A DNA stretch of 64,000 nucleotides from an uncultured bacterium (GTDB lineage: Bacteria > Hydrothermota > Tepidihabitantia > Tepidihabitantales > Tepidihabitantaceae). Below, one piece after another: positions 51,579 through 60,636 of this stretch (the stretch's first letter is position 1; each line of letters starts with the position of its first letter). The stretch lies in assembly GCA_964597845.1 (NCBI GenBank), contig CAZQZR010000003.1:3427-67426 (forward strand). The letters run 5' to 3'. A model generated the notes under the pieces. That model worked only from the letters and a program-made list of their open reading frames with translations. It was not told the DNA's origin and did no database searches. Made by a program: the position numbers and the translations under genes.

Positions 51579-52225
51579 AGCCCCTTTCCGAATACCCGTT
51601 CGAATCCTGATATGACCGCCGCCCGCACCGAGCTGTCGGCTGTGACTCCGCCCTCGCGGCAAACCGAGGTCATTTCAACTTCCGGCATCCCGCAGGGATT
51701 AATGAGATGGAACCAGTCGAGGTCGACCGACACGTTCAGGGCGAACCCGTGGAAGGTGACGCGGCGCCTGACCGCCACGCCAATTGAAGCAATCTTCCGC
51801 TCGTCGCACCAGACCCCGATATGGCCTGGTCTAGGCCCCGCTCGCACTCCGAGTTCCCCGAGCGCAGCACACAACGCCGCCTCTACCCGCTCGACGAACC
51901 CGCGCACGCTGGCCAGTTCCTGCTCCAGTTTGAATACCGGGTAGCCGACCAGTTGGCCCGGGCCGTGGAACGTTACGTCGCCGCCCCGCTCGATGCGGTG
52001 CAGCGCCACACCGCGGCGCGCCAGTTCGGCCTCGCTCACGAGCAGATTCGATGTCCTCGCCGACCGGCCCAGCGTGATTACCGGCTCGTGCTCGAGCAGC
52101 ACGAGGACGTCCGGTATCGCGTCCTCGGCGCGGAGCCGCCACAGCTCGCGCTGCAGTTCGAGCCCCCGGCCGTACTCGACCCGGCCCAGGCTGAGCAGCG
52201 CGGCGCTGCCCCTACCGGTTGACAA
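51494..52225 (-). CDS. lipB: lipoyl(octanoyl) transferase
   Basis: GRVEYGRGLELQ...VLLLEHEPVITLGR...RGGDVTFHGPGQLVGYP...KIASIGV. The 3' end overlaps the convergent radical SAM gene by 85 nt. Confidence 0.85.
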   Translation of the reverse strand: MSTGRGSAALLSLGRVEYGRGLELQRELWRLRAEDAIPDVLVLLEHEPVITLGRSARTSNLLVSEAELARRGVALHRIERGGDVTFHGPGQLVGYPVFKLEQELASVRGFVERVEAALCAALGELGVRAGPRPGHIGVWCDERKIASIGVAVRRRVTFHGFALNVSVDLDWFHLINPCGMPEVEMTSVCREGGVTADSSVRAAVISGFERVFGKGLQAKLPRILTSLTDRLKTSAMASTSDCE

Positions 52226-53615
52226 TGTGGACGGCTTTGGAGTGGATGGCTTCGGCGGCCTCGAACAGCAGCTCGCTCATCGTCGGGTGGGCGTGCACGA
52301 CCCGGCCGATGTCGGCCGCGGTAAGGCCCAGTTCGACCGCGACCGCTGCCTCGGCAATCAGGACGTCGGCGCCGGGCGCGGCCAGTTGCACTCCCAGCAC
52401 TTTGTCGGTCTGGGCATCGACTACCATCTTGCACAGGCCGTCGCTCCGGCCCAGGGTCAGAGACCGCCCCACCGCCGACAGCGGTACTCGACTCACCTTA
52501 ACCTTGAGGTCCTGGTTCGCGGCCTCGGCTTCGTTGAGGCCGACCGACGCTACCTCAGGGTCGGTGTACACACAGGACGGGACCGCCTTGAAACGCCACT
52601 GCCGGCCGCCGGCAAGGGACTCTGCCAGCGCGATTCCATCGGCCATTGCCCGGTGCGCCAGCAGGAGGCCCGGCTTCACGTCACCGATGGCATAGACGTG
52701 GCCGGCGCTGGTCCGGTACTTCTGGTCGACCGCAATGAAACCCCGTTCATCAACCCGCACCCCGGCCTTGTCCAGTTCCAGGCCGGTCAAGAGCGGCTTG
52801 CGCCCGACCGCCACCAGCACCGCGTCCGCCTCGACCGAGGACTCGGTTTCGCCGTCCGCATACCTGACCCGCAGCCCCGGCTCGCGGTCCAGCCCCGACA
52901 CCTTGACCCCGAGATGGAACTCGACGCCCTCGCTCCCGATCGCCTTCCTGAGCGCGGCGCTGACCTCGAGGTCGAACCCGGGCAGCAATTGCGGCATCAG
53001 CTCGAGTACGGTCACACTCGCGCCCAGCCGGCGGAAGATGGTCGCGAACTCAAGACCGATTGCGCCGGCGCCAATGACGACGACCCGGGTCGGAAGCCGG
53101 GTCAGGTTCAGTGCGCCGGTCGAATCGAGCACGGACTGGCCGTCCGGCTCGAAGCCGGGCAGCACGACGGGCTCTGAGCCGGTCGCGATGACAATGTTGT
53201 CCGCGCCCATCTCGACCTCGGTTCCGTCCGGCTGCGCAACCATGACCCGCCGCGCGTCGAGGAAACGCGCCGTGCCCTTGACCACCTCGACGCCGTTCGA
53301 CCGGAGCAGGAACTCGACCCCGCGCACCAGCCGGTCGACAACCCGCGTCTTCCAGCCGTACAGCGCCTGGATGTCAATCTGCGGCTGCCCGAACACGACA
53401 CCCATGCGCCGCGCTTCGGCGGCGTTGCGCACCGTGGCTGCGGCGTGCAGCAGGGACTTCACCGGGATGCAGCCCCAGTTCAGGCAGATGCCGCCGACGC
53501 GCTCCCGCTCGATGACGACGACTTTGCGGCCAAGCTGCGCCAGCCTGATTGCGGCGACGTACCCGGCCGGCCCGGCGCCGACAATAAGGACGTCGGCCTT
53601 ATGTACGGTACTCAT
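52212..53615 (-). CDS. lpdA: dihydrolipoyl dehydrogenase
   Basis: VLIVGAGPAGYVAAIRLAQLG, redox-active GGICLNWGCIPVKSL, C-terminal HAHPTMSE. Start trimmed to MSTVHKADV; the upstream codons are ccaattg repeat DNA. Confidence 0.9.
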   Translation of the reverse strand: MSTVHKADVLIVGAGPAGYVAAIRLAQLGRKVVVIERERVGGICLNWGCIPVKSLLHAAATVRNAAEARRMGVVFGQPQIDIQALYGWKTRVVDRLVRGVEFLLRSNGVEVVKGTARFLDARRVMVAQPDGTEVEMGADNIVIATGSEPVVLPGFEPDGQSVLDSTGALNLTRLPTRVVVIGAGAIGLEFATIFRRLGASVTVLELMPQLLPGFDLEVSAALRKAIGSEGVEFHLGVKVSGLDREPGLRVRYADGETESSVEADAVLVAVGRKPLLTGLELDKAGVRVDERGFIAVDQKYRTSAGHVYAIGDVKPGLLLAHRAMADGIALAESLAGGRQWRFKAVPSCVYTDPEVASVGLNEAEAANQDLKVKVSRVPLSAVGRSLTLGRSDGLCKMVVDAQTDKVLGVQLAAPGADVLIAEAAVAVELGLTAADIGRVVHAHPTMSELLFEAAEAIHSKAVHIVNR

Positions 53616-53624
53616 CGGGAATGA

Positions 53625-53740
53625 CCAATTGCCAATTGCCAATTCCCAACGAATCCCCCAAGACCGAATGACTCGGCCGTTCGTGCTCCATCATTTCCTG
53701 ATTCGTTGGTCATTAGGAATTGGGGCTTGGGAATTGCCGG
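53625..53740. repeat. long imperfect hairpin of heptamer words (ccaattg family) between lpd and the acyl-CoA dehydrogenase gene
   Basis: ccaattgccaattgccaattcccaacgaatc ... gattcgttggtcattaggaattggggcttgggaattgccgg. Confidence 0.65.
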
Positions 53741-53747
53741 TCTTTCC

Positions 53748-54899
53748 TCACCAAGCCGTGCCCTTGATCAGCTCGGACGCGATCACCAGCCGCTGAATCT
53801 GGTTGGTGCCCTCGTAGATCTGCGTGATCTTCGCGTCGCGCATCATCTTCTCAACCGGGTAGTCGCGCATGTAGCCGTAACCGCCGAGGATCTGCACCGC
53901 ATCGGTTGTCACCCTCATCGCCGTGTCCGACGCAAGCACCTTGGCCATCGAGGCGATTGCCGAGGTGTTCCTCGCGCCCGCGTCCGCCGCTCGAGCCGCC
54001 TGGTAGATGAGGTTCCGCGACGCTTCGACCTGGATTGCCATGTCCGCGAGCATCATCTGCACCGCCTGGAAGCTGGCAATCGGCGCATCGAACTGGATCC
54101 GGGTCCGGGCGTATTCGAGCGCCTCGTCCAGCGCGCCGGCCGCGATACCCAGGGCCTGCGCGCCGACCCCGGGCCGGGTCCGGTCAAACGTCCTCATCGT
54201 GTGGATGAAGCCGTGCCCCTCCTTGCCGCCAATCAGGTTCGCCGCCGGTACGCGGCAGTCCTGGAACACGAGCTCCGCGGTCTTGGAGCAACGGATGCCC
54301 ATCTTGTCTTCAATCTTGCCGTAAGTGAAACCGGGCGTGCCATCCTCGATGATGAACGCCGAAAGCCCGCGCGCGCCCCGGGACGGGTTGGTGCTGGCGA
54401 TGACCGAGTAGATCTTCGCCACGCTGCCGTTGGTGATGAACTGCTTGGTGCCGTTCAGCACGTAGTAGTCGCCGTCGCGCCGCGCCCGGGTCTTGACGTT
54501 ACTCGAATCCGAGCCAGCGCTCGCCTCGGTGATGGCAAACGCGGCCAGCTCGCCCGCGGCCAACCGGGGCATGAATCTCCGCTTCTGGTCATCGGTCCCG
54601 CCGATGAGTATCGGGAACGCGCCCAGCCCGCACGCGGCGTAGCACAGCCCGGCCGCCCCGTCAACCCGGCACAGCTCCTCGACAACGATACACATCTCCA
54701 TGATGCCGCCGCCCAGACCGCCGTACTCCTCCGGGAAGTAAACGCCCATCAGGCCGAGGTCGGCCATTCCCTTCATCAGCTCGAAGGGGAACTCGCCGGT
54801 CCGGTCCAACTCGGCCCGGACCGGTTTCATCTTCTCCTGGGCGAACCGCCGCGCCAAGTCACGGATTTCCTTCTGCGTATCGGTAAAGAAGTACTCCAA
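53748..54899 (-). CDS. acyl-CoA dehydrogenase (butyryl-CoA dehydrogenase-like)
   Basis: 383 aa. AFAITEASAGSD, GFTYGKIEDKMG, QILGGYGYMRDYPVEKMMRDAKITQIYEGTNQIQ. Confidence 0.9.
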   Translation of the reverse strand: MEYFFTDTQKEIRDLARRFAQEKMKPVRAELDRTGEFPFELMKGMADLGLMGVYFPEEYGGLGGGIMEMCIVVEELCRVDGAAGLCYAACGLGAFPILIGGTDDQKRRFMPRLAAGELAAFAITEASAGSDSSNVKTRARRDGDYYVLNGTKQFITNGSVAKIYSVIASTNPSRGARGLSAFIIEDGTPGFTYGKIEDKMGIRCSKTAELVFQDCRVPAANLIGGKEGHGFIHTMRTFDRTRPGVGAQALGIAAGALDEALEYARTRIQFDAPIASFQAVQMMLADMAIQVEASRNLIYQAARAADAGARNTSAIASMAKVLASDTAMRVTTDAVQILGGYGYMRDYPVEKMMRDAKITQIYEGTNQIQRLVIASELIKGTAW

Positions 54900-54916
54900 A
54901 CTCTGCTCCTTTGCGA

Positions 54917-55012
54917 ACTAGTTAGCAGTTAGCAGTGAAGAGTTAGTGAGGAAACCAACTCCTGACTCCTAACCCTTGACTCTTAACTCCTAACTCACTG
55001 TCCTACTGCTGC
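54917..55012. repeat. word-repeat inverted pair (tagcagt / taggagt family)
   Basis: ctagttagcagttagcagtgaagagttagtgagg ... ctcctgactcctaacccttgactcttaactcctaactcactgtcctactgctg. The same word family occurs at 9745-9815 and 42395-42430. Confidence 0.6.
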
Positions 55013-56018
55013 CGGCCCGCTGCCGGACTTCTCGGGCGACCCGTTCCAGCGCCGGTCTCATCTGCTCCAGGGTCCGGCGATACACATCAACAGTCATGCC
55101 GACCGGATCGCCGACCTCGACGTCACGACCGACGAACGACAAGAGCAGGCGCGTCCGGCCGGCCGCATCCGGCGCCAGTTCCACGACCCGCTCTCTGTGA
55201 TACTCCTCCATCACCAGGACAAGATCAGCGGCCCCGATCATCTCCGGTCCCATCTGCTGCGCACGATGCCGGGTCAGGTCCAGCCCGGCCTCGCGCATCA
55301 CCTGCACCGCCATGGCTGTCGCCGGGCCGCCGACCGGCGCATTGGTGCCGGCCGAATAGACAAAGGCCGGTATTCCCTCCAGCATCTCTGCCAGCGCGGC
55401 CGAGGCCATCGGGCTGCGACACGAATTGCCCGTACAAACCACCAGCACCGAGAAGAACAGGCCGGGGCCCAGCCGCACCAATTCCCCGAGTTCGAGTTCG
55501 AGGTCAAGTATTGCCAACTTTCCCCGTCTGTCAACGACGGCCGGGCGCGCGCCGAAATTCACGCCGGTCGGGCCCGGCCCGCCCGTCCCGCCGGTGACGA
55601 CAATCGAAGCAAGCTCGCCCAATTCGTCGGCCAGCCTGCCGGGCTCAGTCTCCTCTTCCGGTACGCCGAACCAGACCTCTCCATCGGCCCGCCGGACAAT
55701 CTCCTTCGTGAGGGGTTCCGCAGCAAGAGCCACGCCGGATCGTCCGGTGTCAAACCGGCCGACTACCGGCCCGGCCATCACCTTGAGCGCAAGTTCCTGG
55801 TAGTGCCGCTCCATGCCGGCCAGCTCGGACTCCAGCTTGTCCGGGCCGGCGACGAGTCGGTGCGGATCGCCGAACCGGGCGAGTTCGGCGCGATTTCGAC
55901 TGAGCACGCAGTAACCATTGAGCATCGGGACAACGGCCAGCCCGCGTGCCATCTCGACCACGACCTGCCCGGCGACTTCCGCAACGTTCCTCGGCTGACT
56001 TCTTACGAACTTCGGCAC
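54990..56018 (-). CDS. YrdC/Sua5-like domain fused to a low-molecular-weight protein-tyrosine phosphatase domain
   Basis: C-terminal half VLVVCTGNSCRSPMA (CX5R(S/T) P-loop) ... DPVG. The N-terminal half weakly resembles YrdC/Sua5 (...PTGVNFGARPAVVDRRG). Confidence 0.6.
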   Translation of the reverse strand: MPKFVRSQPRNVAEVAGQVVVEMARGLAVVPMLNGYCVLSRNRAELARFGDPHRLVAGPDKLESELAGMERHYQELALKVMAGPVVGRFDTGRSGVALAAEPLTKEIVRRADGEVWFGVPEEETEPGRLADELGELASIVVTGGTGGPGPTGVNFGARPAVVDRRGKLAILDLELELGELVRLGPGLFFSVLVVCTGNSCRSPMASAALAEMLEGIPAFVYSAGTNAPVGGPATAMAVQVMREAGLDLTRHRAQQMGPEMIGAADLVLVMEEYHRERVVELAPDAAGRTRLLLSFVGRDVEVGDPVGMTVDVYRRTLEQMRPALERVAREVRQRAGSSRTVS

Positions 56019-56021
56019 TGG

Positions 56022-57293
56022 CTAGCCGACGCGGTGGGCGAGTCCCCGCGCGCCGATGTCATGGCGGTAGTACATCCCTTGGAAGTGAATCCGCTCCAGC
56101 CGCTTGTAGGCCCGGTCCCGGGCCTCGGCGAGGGAGTGCCCGATGCCCGTGACGCCCAGCACCCGTCCGCCGCTCGTGACGACCCGGTTCTCGTCCAGCC
56201 GGGTCCCGGCATGGAACACGACCGCCTCGTCACGGCCGACCAGATCCCCGGTAACCTGCATGCCCTTATGGTAGGAACCGGGGTAGCCTTCTGCTGCGGC
56301 AACCACGCACAGCGCCGCGCGGTCGGCCGCAACCGCAACCTTGTGCTCGCGCAGCCGGCCGTCGACGCAGGCCAGCGCCAACTCGGCAAGGTCGCCGTCA
56401 AGCAGCGGCAGGATGACCTGAGTTTCCGGGTCGCCGAACCGGCAGTTGAACTCCAGCACGCGCGGCCCGTCAGCGGTCAGTATCATGCCGGCGTAAATGA
56501 CTCCGCGGTAGTCGATCTCGCGCCGGGCGAGTTCGGTAAGAAGCGGGGAGAACACCTGCCGCTGGACCTCCCCCTGCAGAGCCGCGGTCATCGCCGGCGC
56601 CGGCGCGTAAGCGCCCATGCCCCCGGTATTCGGGCCTTCGTCGCCGTCAAGCAGCCGCTTATGGTCCTGGGACGGCGGAAGCAATTGCACGCTCCGGCCG
56701 TCGCACAGGCCGATCATCGAGACCTCTTCCCCATCGAGGAACTCCTCGATGACGATGGCCCTGCCCGCCTCGCCGTACCGGCCTTCGACGAGCATGCCCG
56801 ACGCCGCCCGCTCGGCTTCATGCCGGTTCCGGGCAATGACTACGCCCTTGCCCGCGGCCAGCCCTGCCGCCTTCACCACAACCGGCATAGGCTGCTTCCT
56901 TACGTATTTGCGGGCCGTGTCGTAGTCGGTGAAAGCCTGGAATCGCGCGGTGGGAATTCCCGCCGCCATCATCAACTCCTTGGCAAAGGCCTTGTCGCCC
57001 TCAATCCGCGCCCCGCTCATTCCCGGGCCGAGAACCTTCAACCCGTGGCGCTCGAGATCGTCGGCGGCGCCGGCCACGAGCGGCCCCTCGGGGCCAACGA
57101 TTGTCAGGTCAATCTTCTGCTTCATGGCAAACTGGGCCAGCCCGCTCAAGTCCACTATGGAAATCGGCTCGCACCGGGCGATGTGCCTGATTCCGGCATT
57201 ACCCGGGGCGCAGAAGACCTCGTGACCGTGATTAGCGAGGTGCCAGACGAGCGCGTGCTCCCGGCCCCCGCCGCCGACAACAAGAACTCTCAA
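56022..57293 (-). CDS. purD: phosphoribosylamine-glycine ligase
   Basis: MRVLVVGGGGREHALVWHL..., ATP-grasp region, C-terminal GGRVLGVTG. TTG start overlapping the upstream stop (TTGA). Confidence 0.9.
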   Translation of the reverse strand: MRVLVVGGGGREHALVWHLANHGHEVFCAPGNAGIRHIARCEPISIVDLSGLAQFAMKQKIDLTIVGPEGPLVAGAADDLERHGLKVLGPGMSGARIEGDKAFAKELMMAAGIPTARFQAFTDYDTARKYVRKQPMPVVVKAAGLAAGKGVVIARNRHEAERAASGMLVEGRYGEAGRAIVIEEFLDGEEVSMIGLCDGRSVQLLPPSQDHKRLLDGDEGPNTGGMGAYAPAPAMTAALQGEVQRQVFSPLLTELARREIDYRGVIYAGMILTADGPRVLEFNCRFGDPETQVILPLLDGDLAELALACVDGRLREHKVAVAADRAALCVVAAAEGYPGSYHKGMQVTGDLVGRDEAVVFHAGTRLDENRVVTSGGRVLGVTGIGHSLAEARDRAYKRLERIHFQGMYYRHDIGARGLAHRVG

Positions 57294-57862
57294 TGCTTAA
57301 GTAGTCTCTCCAGTTTCGCCGCCTTCATCGCTGCGGCCCAACTTCCGAAATACCTGATCGCGGCCGCGTGCAGAGTGCGGTACTTCTTGCGCACGGGGAT
57401 GGTCGTGCGCAGTTCCACGCCCTCACGGCGCATGCGCTTGATTTCAGCAACAATCTCTCCTTTCGACCATTCCTTCTGACGCTTGATCTTCATGTAATCG
57501 AGCCCGGCGGCGTTGATCGCCTGCCGCCAGGAGCCAAAATAGACCGCGGCCGCCCCGACCAGCCCGCCGTGTTTCACCTCGGCGGCACTGACGTACAACG
57601 GCTCGCCCGCGGCCTCAAGCTCGCGGATCCGCGCCACGATCTTCCTCCGGCTCCAGAAACACTTGCGCCGGATTTCCTCGTAATCGAGCCCGGCGGCCTT
57701 GATGGCATTTTCCCAACTGCCGCAGTACTTCCTCCCGGCATAGGCGAGCGCGGGGTAGTTGCGGGCGATGTGGCCGGAGTTGAACTGCTTGCCTTTGCTG
57801 CTCAACTCGCCAATCACCCGGAGCACCTCTTCTTTGGACCATCGCTTGTAAGAACGCTTCAT
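57290..57862 (-). CDS. protein made of three homing-endonuclease-associated (HNH-repeat-like) repeats, no nuclease domain
   Basis: 190 aa = 3 x about 60 aa of WS+.EI...I.......G..L...........A....YFGSW..A...AGLDY. Confidence 0.55.
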   Translation of the reverse strand: MKRSYKRWSKEEVLRVIGELSSKGKQFNSGHIARNYPALAYAGRKYCGSWENAIKAAGLDYEEIRRKCFWSRRKIVARIRELEAAGEPLYVSAAEVKHGGLVGAAAVYFGSWRQAINAAGLDYMKIKRQKEWSKGEIVAEIKRMRREGVELRTTIPVRKKYRTLHAAAIRYFGSWAAAMKAAKLERLLKH

Positions 57863-57933
57863 AGTATCCTCCCGTTAGAATCTATCCTAACCTTCTGAAA
57901 TTGTCAAGGGGTTTCGGCACATGCCTCGCCGGC

Positions 57934-57961
57934 TTGACAACGCAATCTGGCGCTCTAATAT
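57934..57961 (+). promoter_or_regulatory. sigma70-like promoter giving a leaderless glyS mRNA
   Basis: TTGACA-N16-TAATAT, with 7 nt between the -10 hexamer and the ATG at 57969. No Shine-Dalgarno sequence. Confidence 0.5.
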
Positions 57962-57968
57962 CCTCGCG

Positions 57969-60122
57969 ATGAAGCAACTGCTCCTTGAAATCGGTACTGA
58001 AGAAATCCCGGCCTCGTTCCTTAAGCCGGCGGCGCTCGACCTTGAGCGCCGGGTTCGGGCCGCGATTTCGGAAAATGACATACCGGCTGGCGTGTCCGAG
58101 CTCTTCTCGACCCCGCGCCGGCTCGCGCTCCGCCTAAGCGACGTCGCCGACGGCAGGCCTGCCCAGGTCATTGAACTCCAGGGCCCGCCCCGCAAGGCCG
58201 CGTTCGACGCCCAGGACAACCCCACCAGGACCGCGGTCGGATTCAGCGCGGCCCACGGCAAGACCCCGGCGGACCTGTACTTCAAACAGACTCCGCGCGG
58301 CGAATACGTCTTCCTGAAGAAACAGACCGACCCGTTGCCGACCACCAAAGTGCTGCAGGAAAGGCTGCCCGGAATCATCCCCACCCTGCCATTCCCCAAG
58401 AACATGCGCTGGGACGCAAGCGGCCTCAGGTTCGCCCGACCTATCCGCTGGCTCGTCTGCCTGTTTGGCCCGGATGCGGTCGAGTTCACACTCGGCGAAC
58501 TCAAGTCCGGCGCCGACTCCCGCGGGCTCCGCAACTCGAAGCCTTCTCAGTTTCGCGTCCCGAGCCCGGCCGAGTACGAAACCGCGCTAAAGGCGCACGG
58601 CGTCATCGCGTCGCACGACGCCCGGCGCAAGACCATCGCGGCGGACTTGCTTCGCCTGGCCGGCACGGTCAGCGGCCAGCCGGTCGAGGACGACGAACTA
58701 TTGGACGAGACCACGGACATCACCGAATCCCCGGAACTGCTCCTCTGCTCATTCAACCCGGACTACCTCTCCCTGCCCGGCGAAGTACTGGTAACCGCGC
58801 TCAAGAAGCACCAGCGCTGCTTCTCCGTTCAGGGGGACTGTCCCCGCACGGGGACTGTCCCCAAAGCCGCGCCTGCCCTCCTCCCCCGTTTTGTCGCCGT
58901 CACCAATACGCCCGGCTGCGACCACGCAGTGGTGACCGGCTGGTACGAGAGAGCCGCCGAGTCGCGACTGCGCGACGCCCGTTTCTTCGTCGAGTCCGAC
59001 CTGAAACGCGGCCTCGAAGCGCTGGTCGATGAGGAAAAGCAAGTCACGTGGATCGAAGGCATGGGCACCTACTTCGACAAAACCCAGCGCCTGCGCGAAC
59101 TCTGCCGCCACCTGACAGCGCAGACCCCGAACACCGACGCGATCGCGCTGGACCGGGCCGCCCTGCTCTGCAAGGCCGACCTGCTCACAGAGATGGTACG
59201 CGAGAAGGAGTTTACCTCGCTGCAGGGCCGCATCGGTGGCATCTACGCGCGTACCATGGGTGAACCGCCGTCCGTTGCCGACGCGATTGCCGAGCACTAC
59301 CTGCCCCGTTTCACCGGCGACAAGCTGCCGGCGACCCGTGACGGCGCGCTGCTCAGCATTGCCGACAAGCTCGACAACATCGTCGCCACCTTCCTGAGTG
59401 GCGAAATTCCCACCGGCTCCGAAGACCCGTTCGCCCTGCGCCGCCAGGCAACCGGGCTCCTCACCATCGTGCTCAAACAGAACCTGCCGATTGATATCGG
59501 TGAACTGGTCGCGGCCGCGCTCCGGCTCCTCCCCGCAGCGAAGAACGAATACGCGTCCCAGATTCCCGGCCTGTTCCGCGAACGGCTCAATGCCCTTCTC
59601 GCCGAACAGGGAATCCGGTACGACATCGCGGCCGCGGTCATGGAGACCAGTTGGCAGCAGCCGGCCCAGGCTCTGGTCCGGGCCAATGCGCTGGCCGCGT
59701 TCCGCGACGACCCCGAGTTCCTAAGGCTCGTAGTCGGTCAGAAGCGCGTGGCCAACATCCTGAAGGGACAAACCGCCTGGGGACTGTCCCCGCATGGGGA
59801 CTGTCAGGGGACTGTCCCCGAACGGGGACTGTCCCCAAAACTCAAAGAGCGACTTCTCACCGAACCCACCGAGCAGCAACTCTGGACCGAAGCGCAGAAG
59901 GTCGAGCCCGACCTTAACCAAAGCCTTGCCGCGCACGACTACCGGCGCGCCTTCAAGTTACTTCTCGGCCTCCGTCCGACGATAGACAAGTTCTTTGAGG
60001 ACATACTGGTGATGGCCAAGGATGAGAAGGTGCGAGAGAACCGCCTTAGCCTGCTCGGGTACGTCCGCTCCCTATTCGGCAGAGTCGCGGACCTGTCGAA
60101 GATAGTCATTGAAGGAGAATAG
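57969..60122 (+). CDS. glyS: glycine-tRNA ligase beta subunit
   Basis: MKQLLLEIGTEEIPASF..., FSTPRRLA, typical GlyS N-terminus and length apart from two palindromic-element inserts. No glyQ is adjacent. Confidence 0.9.
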   Translation: MKQLLLEIGTEEIPASFLKPAALDLERRVRAAISENDIPAGVSELFSTPRRLALRLSDVADGRPAQVIELQGPPRKAAFDAQDNPTRTAVGFSAAHGKTPADLYFKQTPRGEYVFLKKQTDPLPTTKVLQERLPGIIPTLPFPKNMRWDASGLRFARPIRWLVCLFGPDAVEFTLGELKSGADSRGLRNSKPSQFRVPSPAEYETALKAHGVIASHDARRKTIAADLLRLAGTVSGQPVEDDELLDETTDITESPELLLCSFNPDYLSLPGEVLVTALKKHQRCFSVQGDCPRTGTVPKAAPALLPRFVAVTNTPGCDHAVVTGWYERAAESRLRDARFFVESDLKRGLEALVDEEKQVTWIEGMGTYFDKTQRLRELCRHLTAQTPNTDAIALDRAALLCKADLLTEMVREKEFTSLQGRIGGIYARTMGEPPSVADAIAEHYLPRFTGDKLPATRDGALLSIADKLDNIVATFLSGEIPTGSEDPFALRRQATGLLTIVLKQNLPIDIGELVAAALRLLPAAKNEYASQIPGLFRERLNALLAEQGIRYDIAAAVMETSWQQPAQALVRANALAAFRDDPEFLRLVVGQKRVANILKGQTAWGLSPHGDCQGTVPERGLSPKLKERLLTEPTEQQLWTEAQKVEPDLNQSLAAHDYRRAFKLLLGLRPTIDKFFEDILVMAKDEKVRENRLSLLGYVRSLFGRVADLSKIVIEGE
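58833..58862 (+). repeat. double-palindrome element, in-frame in glyS
   Basis: GGGGACTGTCCCC-GCAC-GGGGACTGTCCCC, translated as GDCPRTGTVP(K). Same orientation and frame relative to the host gene as the three sorting-domain copies. Confidence 0.9.
59779..59836 (+). repeat. tandem/partial copies of the palindromic element, in-frame in glyS
   Basis: GGGGACTGTCCCC-gcat-GGGGACTGTC-a-GGGGACTGTCCCC-gaac-GGGGACTGTCCCC, translated as GLSPHGDCQGTVPERGLSP. Confidence 0.9.
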
Positions 60123-60636
60123 TGGTCTAGTGGTCAAGTGGGTCAGTGGTCGAGTGACCGACAGACGCGATTCGCCGCTCCGCCTCCGGACTTCTGCAAT
60201 CTGCATTCTCCTGCTCCTTTCCACTTGCGCTCCCACCCCTCGCCCCCCGTCCCTTACACCTCGCCCCGAACTCCTGACCACCGAACTGCGCATCAAGGAA
60301 GCTCGCGTCTTCGCCGAAGTCGTCAGCAAGCCGGAAGACCGGAACCTCGGCCTTATGTTCCGGCGCAGCCTCGCACCGGATTCGGGCATGCTCTTCGTGT
60401 TTGACACCGACGACTATCAGCGTTTCTGGATGAAGAACACACTCATTCCATTGAGCATCGCCTTTGTCACCCGCGACTCGCTCATCACCGACATCCTCGA
60501 AATGGCCCCGCTCGACACGACCACGCCCTATCTCTCGTCGAAGGCCGTGCGCTACGCGATTGAGATGAACTCGGGCTGGTTCCAGACCCACGGTCTGAAA
60601 CCCGGTGACACCGTCAGAGGTCTCCCACCCCACTAG
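60109..60636 (+). CDS. DUF192 family protein (probable lipoprotein)
   Basis: LGLMFRRSLAPDSGMLFVFD....FWMKNTLIPLSIAF.......IEMNSGWF. N-terminal LLLLSTC. The start is uncertain; the TTG at 60109 overlaps the glyS end and a word repeat. Confidence 0.65.
   Translation: MKENSGLVVKWVSGRVTDRRDSPLRLRTSAICILLLLSTCAPTPRPPSLTPRPELLTTELRIKEARVFAEVVSKPEDRNLGLMFRRSLAPDSGMLFVFDTDDYQRFWMKNTLIPLSIAFVTRDSLITDILEMAPLDTTTPYLSSKAVRYAIEMNSGWFQTHGLKPGDTVRGLPPH

Noticed and set aside
51598-51607. GTTCGAATCC, the canonical tRNA T-loop string.
   Set aside because: The flanking bases cannot form a T-stem or acceptor stem (ACCCG versus CCTGA). It lies inside the lipB coding region. I found no tRNA-like cloverleaf anywhere in the window.
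5644-57479. Very long ORFs antisense to or overlapping recognised genes (for example 5644..7056-, 7433..8662+, 14757..15989+, 24936..25928+, 27087..29450+, 31784..32926+, 41183..42391-, 45680..47251+, 53706..54932+, 55197..57479+).
   Set aside because: These are typical shadow ORFs of GC-rich DNA. They have Arg/Pro/Gly/Ala-dominated, motif-free translations. Each lies opposite a gene with clear family signatures and better third-position G/C bias.
24420-59836. Possibility that the GGGGACWGTCCCC repeats form a CRISPR array.
   Set aside because: Copies are dispersed singly or in pairs inside unrelated genes and separated by 4-nt linkers rather than 25-50-nt unique spacers. No cas genes are in the window.
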